NCBI GenBank assembly: GCA_964514125.1
Contig: CAZEPO010000002.1
Span: 1-39,923, forward strand
Origin: an uncultured Lachnospiraceae bacterium
GTDB lineage: Bacteria > Bacillota > Clostridia > Lachnospirales > Lachnospiraceae
DNA: 39,923 bases
Direction of reading: 5' to 3'
The position numbers were made by a program, and so were the translations under genes. The notes beneath the pieces are model-generated. The model saw nothing but the letters and a program-made list of their open reading frames with translations, searched no databases and was not told where the DNA came from. How positions within the stretch are numbered: the first letter of the stretch is position 1; every line of letters begins with the position of its first letter. Below, one piece after another: positions 19,044 to 29,298 of this stretch.

Positions 19044-19154
19044 GCAATCTCTACTTCGAAGGAGTAAGTGATTGAGAGACAGATAATGAAGCAGACAGCA
19101 GAGCGGAAACGATGCTGAAACTGCAGGCAATAGAAAGCAGAGGTGACACATACT

Positions 19155-19610
19155 ATGAAGATACAGATGCTGTTGAATGGAAAAAAAACAGAGGCAGATA
19201 TCGATCCAAATATGATGCTGCTAGATTTTGTGCGCGCACAGGGTATGAAAAGTGTAAAACGAGGCTGCGATACCGGGAATTGCGGACTTTGTACCGTATG
19301 GCTGGAGGGCAAACCGGTGCTTTCCTGTTCAACGCTCGCAGTACGCGCAAATGGTAAAAAGGTGACGACACTGGAAGGGGTTCCGGAAGAAGCAGAAGAA
19401 TTTTCCAGATTTCTGGCACTGGAGGGAGCAGATCAGTGTGGATTTTGCAGTCCGGGCTTTATCATGGCGGTGCTGGCACTCAAACGGGAAAATCCGCACC
19501 CGACGATGGATGAGGTGAAGGAATATCTGGCGGGCAATCTCTGCCGCTGTACCGGATACCAGTCTCAGTATCGTGCTTTGGAAAAATATTTCGGAAGGGA
19601 GGAGGACTAG
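19155..19610 (+). CDS. Xanthine dehydrogenase-family 2x[2Fe-2S] subunit
   Basis: GCDTGNCGLCTV..SC, QCGFCSPG, GNLCRCTGY. Confidence 0.93.
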   Translation: MKIQMLLNGKKTEADIDPNMMLLDFVRAQGMKSVKRGCDTGNCGLCTVWLEGKPVLSCSTLAVRANGKKVTTLEGVPEEAEEFSRFLALEGADQCGFCSPGFIMAVLALKRENPHPTMDEVKEYLAGNLCRCTGYQSQYRALEKYFGREED

Positions 19611-21923
19611 ATGAGTCAGACAGTGAAACATAGATATGTAGGACAGTCCGTCGTAAAAAAAGATGCAAAAGCCCTTCTCTCAGGTAAGCCGGTCTATACC
19701 GATGATATGGTGCCCGAGAACGTACTTACGGTAAAATTAAAGAGAAGTCCGCATGCTTTTGCAAAAATCAAAAAGATAGATACCTCAAAAGCGATGCTTG
19801 TTCCGGGAATTGAGGTAATCCTTACCTATAAGGATGTGCCGCAGGAGCGATTTACGCTGGCGGGTCAGACATTTCCGGAGCCGAGTCCGTATGATCGCCT
19901 GATCCTGGATCAATATGTTCGGTTTGTCGGAGATCCGGTTGCGATCATTGCAGGCAAGGACGAAGCGTGCTGTATGAAGGCGATGAAGCTGATCAAGGTA
20001 GAGTATGAGGTGCTGGAACCAATCCTTGATTTCAAGCAGTCACTGGACAATCCTATTTTGATCCATCCGGAAGAAAATTATGTAGGACATGAAGGACAGG
20101 GAACCGATCAGAAAAGAAATCTCTGTGCCTCAAATGATGATACAGAAGGCGACGTAGAGGGAATCCTGGCGTCCTGTGACTATGTGGTAGATGAACGCTA
20201 TCTGATCAAGGCGGTCAATCAGACCATGATGGAGCCGTTTACCGCATATACTTCTATGGACATTTACGGAAGAGTGGTTGTTCAGAGTGCGACTCAGATT
20301 CCATTCCATGTGCGCCGTATTGTATCGCATGCACTGAATATTTCCAAGTCACAGGTCCGTGTGATCAAACCAAGGATCGGAGGCGGATTTGGAGCCAAAC
20401 AGACAGCAGTTTGTGAGGTGTATCCGGCAATCGTGACTTATCTGACCAAGAAGCCGGCGCATCTGACCTATACAAGGGAGGAATGCTTTATCAGCGGCTC
20501 TCCGCGGCATGAGATGGAAGTGCATATCCGGCTGGGAGCGGACAAAAACGGCAAATTCAAGGCGGTAGATCTGTATACACTCTCCAACACAGGAGCTTAT
20601 GGAGAACATGGTCCGACTACGGTATGTCTTTCCGGCACAAAATCACTTTCTTTGTACTATGGATTTGAAGCCCATCGTTTTGCTTATGATGTTGTATATA
20701 CCAACCGGCTGTCCTCAGGCGCCTACCGTGGCTATGGTGCTACACAGGGAATTTTTGCGCTGGAATCTGCAGTAAATGAACTGGCTCATAAGATGAATAT
20801 GGATCCGACGGTACTGCGGGAAAAAAATATGGTGCATGAAGGGGATCAATATACGCATTATTATGGAGAAGTATCGACCTCCTGTGCATTAGACCGCTGC
20901 GTGGCTAAGGTCAAAGAGATGATCGACTGGGATAAAAAATATCCATGCTATCAGGTTGCGCCGAACCGCGTGCGTGCAGTCGGAATGGCGATGTCAATGC
21001 AGGGCTCCGGTATCAGCAACTGTGATGTGGGCTCCGTACAGCTTCGTCTGAATGATGATGGATTCTATACGCTGATGCTTGGTTGTGCAGATATGGGAAC
21101 TGGCTGTGATACGATCCTTTCGCAGATTGCAGCAGAATGTATGGGCTGTGATCTCGATAAGATCGTAACCTACGGTGTCGATACCGACCAGTCGCCGTAT
21201 GACAGTGGCTCCTATGCATCGAGTACGACGTACATTACCGGTATGGCAGTGGTCAAAGCATGTGAGAGTATGAATAAAAAGATCATGAAGGCAGCCAGTG
21301 AGGTTCTTGGCATTGCCAGAGAGGATCTGACCTTTGACGGAGAACGCGTATTTGCGATCGAAGATGAAGCAGTGGGCATCACGCTTGCGGAACTGGTGAC
21401 AAAGCTGCAGGCAGGTGCAGGCGAAGTGCTCTATGCACAGGCATCCCATACCTCACCGACCTCACCGCCACCGTTTATGGCAGGTGCAGCTGAGGTCGAG
21501 ATCGATCTGGAAACAGGTAAGATCACACCGATTGATTATGTGGCCTGTGTAGACTGCGGAACAGTTGTAAATACAAATCTTGCACGGATTCAGACCGAAG
21601 GGGGTCTGGTACAGGGCATTGGAATGGCCTTGTATGAAGATATACAGTATACGGACAAGGGCAATCTGATCAACCGCAATTTCATGCAGTACAAGATTCC
21701 GACTCGTATTGATATGGGGCAGATTCGTGTAGAGTTTGAGGAAAGCTATGAACCGACCGGCCCGTTTGGTGCAAAATCCATCGGGGAGGTTGTGATCAAT
21801 ACGCCAGCTCCGGCAATCGCTGAAGCGGTGTACAATGGAACCGGACTGCGCTTCCGCACGATGCCGATCACAGCAGAAAAGGTATTTATGGGGCTGCAGG
21901 AAAAAAATGAGGATAAAGCATGA
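19611..21923 (+). CDS. Xanthine dehydrogenase-family molybdopterin-binding subunit (XdhD/YgfN-like)
   Basis: RSPHAFA, GGGFGAKQ, AYRGYG, DMGTG, SGSYASSTT, Q.EGG..QGIG, GPFGAKSIGE (catalytic Glu). Confidence 0.93.
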   Translation: MSQTVKHRYVGQSVVKKDAKALLSGKPVYTDDMVPENVLTVKLKRSPHAFAKIKKIDTSKAMLVPGIEVILTYKDVPQERFTLAGQTFPEPSPYDRLILDQYVRFVGDPVAIIAGKDEACCMKAMKLIKVEYEVLEPILDFKQSLDNPILIHPEENYVGHEGQGTDQKRNLCASNDDTEGDVEGILASCDYVVDERYLIKAVNQTMMEPFTAYTSMDIYGRVVVQSATQIPFHVRRIVSHALNISKSQVRVIKPRIGGGFGAKQTAVCEVYPAIVTYLTKKPAHLTYTREECFISGSPRHEMEVHIRLGADKNGKFKAVDLYTLSNTGAYGEHGPTTVCLSGTKSLSLYYGFEAHRFAYDVVYTNRLSSGAYRGYGATQGIFALESAVNELAHKMNMDPTVLREKNMVHEGDQYTHYYGEVSTSCALDRCVAKVKEMIDWDKKYPCYQVAPNRVRAVGMAMSMQGSGISNCDVGSVQLRLNDDGFYTLMLGCADMGTGCDTILSQIAAECMGCDLDKIVTYGVDTDQSPYDSGSYASSTTYITGMAVVKACESMNKKIMKAASEVLGIAREDLTFDGERVFAIEDEAVGITLAELVTKLQAGAGEVLYAQASHTSPTSPPPFMAGAAEVEIDLETGKITPIDYVACVDCGTVVNTNLARIQTEGGLVQGIGMALYEDIQYTDKGNLINRNFMQYKIPTRIDMGQIRVEFEESYEPTGPFGAKSIGEVVINTPAPAIAEAVYNGTGLRFRTMPITAEKVFMGLQEKNEDKA

Positions 21924-22462
21924 CGAAAAGTAAGACAGGAGATCTTGTCTTTATCGCATTGTTTGCGGTGTTGATCGCAGTGTGTTCCTGGATTTCGATT
22001 CCGACTGCGATTCCGTTTACGATGCAGACCTTTGCGGTCTATCTGGCACTGAATTTTCTGGGAGGCAGGAGAGGAACCGCCGCAGTATGTATCTATCTGC
22101 TGCTGGGGCTGATCGGCCTTCCGGTATTTTCGAATTTTAATTCAGGCATCGGTGTGCTGCTTGGCACAGCAGGCGGCTATATGATGGGCTGGATTCTCTC
22201 TGGTCTGGTGATGGGTCTTCTGGAAAAGCTGCTTGGCAGAAAGCTTTGGGCGCAGGCCGTTTCCATGCTGACCGGACTGCTGGTCTGCTATATTGCAGGC
22301 ACAGCCTGGTTTATGATGGCGTATGCCAGAACAGCAGGTGCGATCGGTATAAGTACAGCACTGCTGATGTGCGTAGTACCGTTTGTGATACCGGATCTGG
22401 TGAAACTGGGACTGGCACTTTGGATCAGTCAGCGGCTGCGGAAAATCACACGGCTGATGTAA
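21920..22462 (+). CDS. bioY: BioY-family ECF S-component (biotin transporter family)
   Basis: IALFAVL, IPFTMQTFAV, YLLLG.IGLPVF, GTAGGY, YI.GT.W, PFVIPDLVK. Confidence 0.9.
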   Translation: MTKSKTGDLVFIALFAVLIAVCSWISIPTAIPFTMQTFAVYLALNFLGGRRGTAAVCIYLLLGLIGLPVFSNFNSGIGVLLGTAGGYMMGWILSGLVMGLLEKLLGRKLWAQAVSMLTGLLVCYIAGTAWFMMAYARTAGAIGISTALLMCVVPFVIPDLVKLGLALWISQRLRKITRLM

Positions 22463-22499
22463 GAAATGTGTTTGAAAAAATAAAGATCAGGAGAAAGAT

Positions 22500-23810
22500 A
22501 TGAAAAAAAGATATTTGCTGAAGGATGCAGCCTTGCTGAAGGAGGATGCCTCCTGCTTGATGAATCAGAATCTGTATGTAGAAGACGGGAAGATTTCCTG
22601 TATTATAGCATCAGAACAGGATGACAGAACCAAAGAGGTGGATGAGATCATCGACTGCAGCCGCTATTATGTCAGCTGTGGACTTCCGAACATGCATGTA
22701 CATACAGCGATGAATATTTTTAAGGGGATCGCAGAAGACGTGACCACAGATCAGTGGTTCAATGAGATGATCTTTCCCTATGAGAGCAAGATGACAGATG
22801 AGGATGTTTATCTTGGAACCAAACTTGGAATTGCAGAAATGATCAACAATGGCGTTACGGTGTTTGCAGATCATTACTTTGGGGATGAACAGGTGCTTCA
22901 GGCGATCAAGGATACCGGCATAAGAGGTGATATGGCACCGACCATCTTCGGTTCTGCGCCGAACTACAAGGAGCGTCTGGATCAGGCGACCGAATTTATA
23001 CAGAAGCACAGAAATGATTCGACCCGTATCGGGTTTCATATGGGACCGCATTCCAACTATACGTGTCCGCCGGAGACATTAGCAGAGATGGCTGATCGTG
23101 CAAAAGCGTTGGATCTGCCGATCCATCTGCATCTGGCAGAAGAAGAACTTCAGGTGAAGCTGGCAAAGGAGCAGTTTGGACTTACTCCGTTTGGAATGCT
23201 CCATGAGGCAGGTATGTTCGACTGCAAGCTGCTGATCGCGCACGGACTGTGGATCACGGAGGACGACCTGAAGTATGTGAAGGAGGACACCTGCTTTGCA
23301 TTCTGTCCAAAGACCTATATGAAGCTGGGAAGCGGAATCGGCGGGTTCTTCCGGCTGTATCAGCAGCTGAATTACGCCTTTGGCAGCGATGGTGCAGCCA
23401 GCTCCAACACACTGAATCCGGTCGAGCAGGCCAGATTGTTTGCACTGCTTGGCAAATATCTGGATGACGATGGATCAAGCCACAAGGCAGAAGATATGTG
23501 GCGTCATCTGATGAGCGGACACGACGCATTTTCCTTCGGCAGCGGTAAACTCAGAGAAGGCGCACCGGCCGATCTGGTCATCTGGGATCTGCATCAGCTG
23601 GATACCTTCCCGATCTATCATCCGATTACCAGTATTTTGTACAGCAGCAACAGTTCCAATGTCCGTTACACGATGGTAGAGGGTGAGTTCCTGAAATACG
23701 ACGGAAGACTCGTCATGGATCAGGAAGAACTGCTGAGAGAAGCAGGAGAAGCACAGCGCGCATTGCTGAGCAGAGGAAAAGGCAAGGCGAATGTGGCTTA
23801 TTTAAAATAA
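22500..23810 (+). CDS. Metal-dependent amidohydrolase, MtaD/nucleoside-deaminase-like
   Basis: NMHVHTAM, WFNEMIFPYE, PHSNY, HLHLAE, IAHG, GSDGAASSN, ADLVIWD. Confidence 0.85.
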   Translation: MKKRYLLKDAALLKEDASCLMNQNLYVEDGKISCIIASEQDDRTKEVDEIIDCSRYYVSCGLPNMHVHTAMNIFKGIAEDVTTDQWFNEMIFPYESKMTDEDVYLGTKLGIAEMINNGVTVFADHYFGDEQVLQAIKDTGIRGDMAPTIFGSAPNYKERLDQATEFIQKHRNDSTRIGFHMGPHSNYTCPPETLAEMADRAKALDLPIHLHLAEEELQVKLAKEQFGLTPFGMLHEAGMFDCKLLIAHGLWITEDDLKYVKEDTCFAFCPKTYMKLGSGIGGFFRLYQQLNYAFGSDGAASSNTLNPVEQARLFALLGKYLDDDGSSHKAEDMWRHLMSGHDAFSFGSGKLREGAPADLVIWDLHQLDTFPIYHPITSILYSSNSSNVRYTMVEGEFLKYDGRLVMDQEELLREAGEAQRALLSRGKGKANVAYLK

Positions 23811-23890
23811 AAAGCAAGATAGAATAAGAAATAAGATGAAGTGAATTGTATTCAGGAAAAAGCACTTAAATAGTTTAGAACTGTAATGTT

Positions 23891-23942
23891 AAAGTATAGG
23901 TCAATAAAAGAACAAACGTTCTATTTTGGCCTATACTTTTTT
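23891..23942. promoter_or_regulatory. LexA (Cheo) box at the centre of a long inverted repeat upstream of uvrB
   Basis: GAAC-AAAC-GTTC at 23910-23921; flanking arms AAAGTATAGG...CCTATACTTT; extended -10 TGCTATACT at 23952-23960. Confidence 0.85.
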
Positions 23943-23990
23943 ACTTGTTTATGCTATACTTTTTACACGATAGATTTGGAGGCACTTTTT

Positions 23991-25991
23991 ATGCAGAATG
24001 AGCAAAATATATTTAAATTACATTCCGAATATGCCCCAACTGGTGACCAGCCTCAGGCAATCGAACAACTGGTGCAGGGATTCAAAGAAGGCAATCAATG
24101 CCAGACTTTACTAGGGGTTACGGGTTCCGGCAAGACTTTTACGATGGCGAATGTGATTGCCCAATTGAACAAGCCGACACTGATCCTGGCACACAATAAA
24201 ACGCTCGCTGCACAGCTTTACGGTGAGTTTAAGGAGTTCTTCCCCGAGAACGCAGTCGAGTACTTTGTATCCTACTATGATTATTATCAACCGGAGGCTT
24301 ATGTTCCGTCTTCTGATACCTATATTGCCAAGGATTCGGCGATCAATGACGAGATCGACAAACTGCGGCTTTCGGCTACGGCATCCTTGGTTGAACGAAA
24401 AGATGTGATCATTGTTTCCAGTGTTTCCTGTATCTATGGAATCGGAAGCCCGGCAGATTATAAGGATTTGGTCGTTTATCTGCGGCAGGGGCAGGAGAAG
24501 GACCGTGATGATGTGATGCGGGCATTGGTAGATATTCAGTATGACCGCAATGAGATGGATTTTCACCGCGGTACGTTTCGGGTGCACGGCGATGTGCTGG
24601 AGATTTTCCCGGCAAATGCAGATGATTATGCGTATCGGGTGGAATTTTTCGGAGATGAGATTGACCGGATCACAGAGATCGATGTGCTGACCGGTGAGAT
24701 TCGGCGCGGACTGGAATTCGTAGCGATCTTTCCGGCATCGCATTATGTTGTGCCGATGGAGAAAATTTTGGCGGCAGCGAAATCGATTGAAGAAGAACTG
24801 GATGAACGGGTAGCTTATTTTAAGAGCGAGGACAAGCTTCTGGAGGCACAGAGGATTGCGGAACGCACGAATTTTGATATTGAGATGCTGCGGGAGACCG
24901 GATTCTGTTCCGGTATCGAGAATTATTCACGGCATCTGGCAGGGCTTCCGGCGGGAGCAACACCGCTTACCCTGATGGACTATTTTGGAGATGACTTTTT
25001 GCTGATCATCGACGAGTCGCACAAGACGATCCCGCAGGTGCGTGCGATGTATGCAGGAGACCAGTCGCGCAAATCGACGCTGGTGGATTATGGGTTCCGA
25101 CTTCCTTCGGCAAAGGACAATCGCCCCTTGAATTTTGAAGAATTTGAAAGTAAAATTGATCAGATCATGTTTGTATCTGCGACACCGGGAGACTATGAAG
25201 AGGCACATGAGATGCTGCGTGCAGAACAGATCATCCGTCCGACCGGACTTCTGGATCCGCAGGTGGAAGTCAAGCCGGTAGAAGGTCAGATCGATGACCT
25301 GCTCGGTGAGATTCACAAGGAGACAGCGGCAGGCAACAAGGTACTGGTGACAACACTGACCAAACGTATGGCAGAGGATCTGACAGAATATATGAAAGAA
25401 GTCGGTATTCGTGTACGCTACCTTCATTCGGACATTGATACCCTGGAGCGAACGGAGATCATTCGGGATATGCGTCTGGATGTATTTGATGTATTGGTCG
25501 GCATCAATCTTTTGCGAGAGGGTCTTGATATTCCGGAAATTTCATTGGTTGCGATTTTGGATGCGGACAAAGAGGGCTTCTTGCGTTCATCTGTATCGCT
25601 GATCCAGACAATCGGCCGTGCTGCGCGTAATGCGCAGGGACGCGTGATCATGTATGCAGATGTGATGACGGATTCCATGAAGATTGCGATTGAGGAGACG
25701 AATCGCCGACGGGAGCTTCAGGAGGCGTACAACAAGGAGCATGGCATTACGCCGCAGACGATCAAAAAAGCTGTCCGCGATCTGATCAGTATCTCAAAAG
25801 AGATTGCCAAGGAAGAAAAGAAGCTCGAAAAAGATCCGGAATCGATGAGCCGAAAAGAACTGGAGAAGCTGATCGGCGAGATTCAGAAGCAGATGCGGAA
25901 GGCCGCAGCAGATTTGAACTTCGAGGCCGCAGCAGAGCTGCGTGACCGTATGATCGAGCTGAAGAAGGTTTTGCAGGAGCTTGATGAATAA
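23991..25991 (+). CDS. uvrB: Excinuclease ABC subunit B
   Basis: [38 protein letters not shown]-terminal UVR domain; GGAGG upstream of ATG 23991. Confidence 0.97.
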   Translation: MQNEQNIFKLHSEYAPTGDQPQAIEQLVQGFKEGNQCQTLLGVTGSGKTFTMANVIAQLNKPTLILAHNKTLAAQLYGEFKEFFPENAVEYFVSYYDYYQPEAYVPSSDTYIAKDSAINDEIDKLRLSATASLVERKDVIIVSSVSCIYGIGSPADYKDLVVYLRQGQEKDRDDVMRALVDIQYDRNEMDFHRGTFRVHGDVLEIFPANADDYAYRVEFFGDEIDRITEIDVLTGEIRRGLEFVAIFPASHYVVPMEKILAAAKSIEEELDERVAYFKSEDKLLEAQRIAERTNFDIEMLRETGFCSGIENYSRHLAGLPAGATPLTLMDYFGDDFLLIIDESHKTIPQVRAMYAGDQSRKSTLVDYGFRLPSAKDNRPLNFEEFESKIDQIMFVSATPGDYEEAHEMLRAEQIIRPTGLLDPQVEVKPVEGQIDDLLGEIHKETAAGNKVLVTTLTKRMAEDLTEYMKEVGIRVRYLHSDIDTLERTEIIRDMRLDVFDVLVGINLLREGLDIPEISLVAILDADKEGFLRSSVSLIQTIGRAARNAQGRVIMYADVMTDSMKIAIEETNRRRELQEAYNKEHGITPQTIKKAVRDLISISKEIAKEEKKLEKDPESMSRKELEKLIGEIQKQMRKAAADLNFEAAAELRDRMIELKKVLQELDE

Positions 25992-26040
25992 CGTGCAGAA
26001 TTCGATTCTGTACAGAAGCGGCGCTTATAGGGAGAACATT

Positions 26041-28914
26041 ATGGAAAAAGATACAATTAAAATAGAAGAAACAGAATCAAAAAAGCAATACATTCGTATC
26101 CGCGGAGCCAATGAACACAATCTCAAAAATATCAGTCTGGATATTCCGCGCAACAAATTTGTAGTGCTGACGGGACTGTCCGGTTCCGGCAAGTCTTCGC
26201 TGGCATTCGATACAATCTATGCAGAAGGACAGCGACGCTATATGGAGTCTTTGTCTTCTTATGCGAGGATGTTCCTGGGGCAGATGGAAAAGCCGGATGT
26301 GGAGAGTATCGAAGGTCTGCCGCCGGCTATTTCGATCGATCAGAAATCGACAAACCGAAATCCGCGTTCTACGGTCGGTACAGTGACAGAAATCTATGAC
26401 TATTTCCGTCTGCTCTATGCAAGGATTGGTATTCCGCATTGTCCGAAGTGCGGCAAAGAGATAAAAAAGCAGAGTGTCGATCAGATGGTCGATCAGATCA
26501 TGGCATTGCCGGAGCGTTCCAGGATCCAGCTGCTGGCTCCGGTCGTGCGCGGACGCAAGGGACAGCACGAGAAGCTGCTGGAACAAGCCAAACGCAGCGG
26601 CTATGTGCGTGTGCGGATCGACGGAAATATGTATGAGCTTTCAGAAGAGATCAAGCTGGACAAAAATATCAAGCACAACATTGAGATTGTGGTGGATCGT
26701 CTGATCGTAAAGCCGGGGATTGAGAAGCGGCTGACTGACTCAATGGAAAATGTGCTGCAGCTGGCCAATGGTCTGGCACTTGTTGAGGTACAGGACCAGG
26801 AGCTACTGCAGTTCAGCCAGAGCTTTTCCTGCCCGGATTGTGGGATCAGTATCGAGGAGATTGAGCCGCGAAGCTTTTCCTTCAACAATCCGTTTGGTGC
26901 GTGTCCGGATTGCTTTGGACTTGGATATAAGATGGAGTTTGACATTGATCTGATGATCCCGGACAAGAGCATCAGCATTCTGGACGGCGCGATCACAGCG
27001 ATGGGCTGGCAGTCCTGTACAGATAAGGGCAGCTTTACCAGGGCAATCCTGGATGCGCTGGCTAAGGAATATCATTTTGACCTTGGTACGCCGTTCGAGC
27101 AGTATCCGAAGGAGATCCAGGACATTTTGATCCATGGAACGAACGGACATGAGGTGAAGGTGCACTATACCGGCCAGCGCGGAACCGGTGTCTATGATGT
27201 TGCATTTGAAGGATTGATCCGTAGCATGGAGCGCAAATACCGCGAGACCTCTTCGGATACGATGAAGCAGGAATATGAGACGTTTATGCGGATCACGCCA
27301 TGTAAGCTCTGCAAAGGCCAGAGATTGAAGCAATCTGCTCTGGCTGTGACTGTCTGTGACAAAAACATCGCAGAGATCACCGATATGTCAGTCGGAGACC
27401 TGCAGGTATTTTTGGAACAGATGCAGCTGTCTGATCAGCAGCAGCTGATCGGCGGGCAGATTTTGAAAGAAATCAAGGCACGGATCAAGTTTTTGGTTGA
27501 TGTCGGACTGGATTATCTCAGCCTGTCACGGGCTACCGGTACGCTTTCCGGCGGTGAGGCACAGCGTATCCGTCTGGCAACCCAGATTGGCTCAGGACTG
27601 GTTGGTGTGGCATATATTTTGGACGAACCGAGTATCGGTCTGCATCAGCGTGACAATGACAAGCTGCTGGCGACCCTGAATAATCTGAAAAATCTGGGCA
27701 ACACTCTGATCGTAGTGGAGCATGATGAAGATACGATGTTTGCTGCGGATTATATTGTGGATATCGGGCCTGGTGCGGGCGAACACGGTGGACAAGTCAT
27801 TGCGACAGGAACGGCTGAGGATATTATGAAGAATGAAGCTTCTGTTACAGGTGCATATCTGAGCAGACGTCTGCAGATACCAGTTCCGGCAGAGCGCAAG
27901 AAGCCGACCGGATGGCTGGAGGTGCGTGGCGCACAGGAGAACAATCTGAAGAAGATCAACGTGAAGTTTCCGCTTGGTGTCATGACCTGTGTGACCGGCG
28001 TATCTGGTTCCGGCAAGAGTTCACTGGTCAACGAGATTCTTTATAAGCGTCTGGCCAGAGATCTGAACCGTGCGCGGACGATCCCGGGCAAACACAAAGA
28101 TATCCTGGGCGTTGAGCAGCTGGATAAGGTGATCGATATTGATCAGTCACCGATCGGAAGAACACCGCGTTCCAATCCGGCAACCTACACGGGCGTATTT
28201 GATCAGATCCGGGACTTGTTTGCGGCGACCGCAGATGCCAAGGCGCGCGGTTACAAAAAAGGTCGTTTCAGCTTCAATATCAAAGGCGGACGCTGTGAGG
28301 CATGCAGCGGAGACGGTATTCTCAAGATTGAGATGCATTTCCTGCCGGATGTCTATGTGCCCTGTGAAGTATGCCATGGCAAACGATATAACCGTGAGAC
28401 ACTTGAGGTGAAATACAAGGGCAAATCTATTTATGATGTATTGGATATGACAGTAGAAGAGGCACTGAAGTTCTTTGAGCATATTCCGTCGATTCACAGA
28501 AAAATCCAGACGTTATACGATGTTGGACTTTCTTATATCAAGCTGGGACAGCCGTCAACGACATTGTCAGGCGGAGAAGCACAGCGTATCAAGCTTGCGA
28601 CTGAGCTGAGCCGGAGAAGCACGGGCAAAACGATCTATATTCTGGATGAGCCGACGACCGGACTTCATTTTGCGGATGTACACAAGCTGGTGGAAATCCT
28701 GGGACGTCTGACGGAGGGCGGCAATACCGTGATCGTTATTGAACATAATTTGGATGTGATCAAGACAGCAGATTATATCATTGATATCGGACCGGAGGGC
28801 GGTGACCGCGGCGGTACAGTGATCGCAGAGGGTACACCGGAAGAAGTGGCACAGAATCCGCTATCCTATACCGGCCAATATGTTGCCAAATTTTTGAAAA
28901 AAGAAGAAGCCTGA
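26041..28914 (+). CDS. uvrA: Excinuclease ABC subunit A
   Basis: Two ABC cassettes ([24 protein letters not shown] twice) and Zn fingers; GGGAG upstream of ATG 26041. Confidence 0.97.
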   Translation: MEKDTIKIEETESKKQYIRIRGANEHNLKNISLDIPRNKFVVLTGLSGSGKSSLAFDTIYAEGQRRYMESLSSYARMFLGQMEKPDVESIEGLPPAISIDQKSTNRNPRSTVGTVTEIYDYFRLLYARIGIPHCPKCGKEIKKQSVDQMVDQIMALPERSRIQLLAPVVRGRKGQHEKLLEQAKRSGYVRVRIDGNMYELSEEIKLDKNIKHNIEIVVDRLIVKPGIEKRLTDSMENVLQLANGLALVEVQDQELLQFSQSFSCPDCGISIEEIEPRSFSFNNPFGACPDCFGLGYKMEFDIDLMIPDKSISILDGAITAMGWQSCTDKGSFTRAILDALAKEYHFDLGTPFEQYPKEIQDILIHGTNGHEVKVHYTGQRGTGVYDVAFEGLIRSMERKYRETSSDTMKQEYETFMRITPCKLCKGQRLKQSALAVTVCDKNIAEITDMSVGDLQVFLEQMQLSDQQQLIGGQILKEIKARIKFLVDVGLDYLSLSRATGTLSGGEAQRIRLATQIGSGLVGVAYILDEPSIGLHQRDNDKLLATLNNLKNLGNTLIVVEHDEDTMFAADYIVDIGPGAGEHGGQVIATGTAEDIMKNEASVTGAYLSRRLQIPVPAERKKPTGWLEVRGAQENNLKKINVKFPLGVMTCVTGVSGSGKSSLVNEILYKRLARDLNRARTIPGKHKDILGVEQLDKVIDIDQSPIGRTPRSNPATYTGVFDQIRDLFAATADAKARGYKKGRFSFNIKGGRCEACSGDGILKIEMHFLPDVYVPCEVCHGKRYNRETLEVKYKGKSIYDVLDMTVEEALKFFEHIPSIHRKIQTLYDVGLSYIKLGQPSTTLSGGEAQRIKLATELSRRSTGKTIYILDEPTTGLHFADVHKLVEILGRLTEGGNTVIVIEHNLDVIKTADYIIDIGPEGGDRGGTVIAEGTPEEVAQNPLSYTGQYVAKFLKKEEA

Positions 28915-28936
28915 TCGAGAGGCTTCCAGAAACAGC

Positions 28937-28966
28937 GAAAAAGTCTGACGCAAGTCAGACTTTTTC
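28937..28966. terminator. Bidirectional terminator downstream of uvrA
   Basis: GAAAAAGTCTGAC-GCAA-GTCAGACTTTTTC, perfect 13-bp stem with T tracts on both strands. Confidence 0.9.
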
Positions 28967-29105
28967 AGGAAAGAGAAAAATTTGGGTTGAAAAATGTTCC
29001 TCGTATAGTTGGAATTCTATACGAGTAAATGTTTGAGGGAGTACTTGGTAGCGTGTGGGGGCTACCAAGTGTGAGTTATGAAATATATTAGCTGTTTGCT
29101 AATAT
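28938..29105 (-). ncRNA. Candidate ~170-nt trans-acting sRNA
   Basis: Three perfect hairpins plus a terminator, C/U-rich linkers on the minus strand, TATAGT -10 at 29117-29112. Confidence 0.55.
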
Positions 29106-29227
29106 GCTTATACTATAAAATAGAATTGTGTTTAAAATATGTCCAGATTCTAAAAAAAACAGAAAGATAATTAAGAAATCCTTTTAAAATAATAAAGTGC
29201 AGAATAGAAAAAACTAAGAAAAAGAAT

Positions 29228-29256
29228 TTCCAATTTCTGTTGGTCTATGATAGAAT
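29228..29256 (+). promoter_or_regulatory. Promoter of the mreB-like gene
   Basis: TTCCAA, 17-bp spacer, TGnTAGAAT extended -10. Confidence 0.6.
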
Positions 29257-29298
29257 ATATAGATGTTTTATTGTGTCAGTTGGAAAGGAGTATGAAAT

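Noticed and set aside
28900-29110. CRISPR array or tandem repeat
   Set aside because: The hairpins differ in sequence, there is no repeat-spacer periodicity and no cas genes are present
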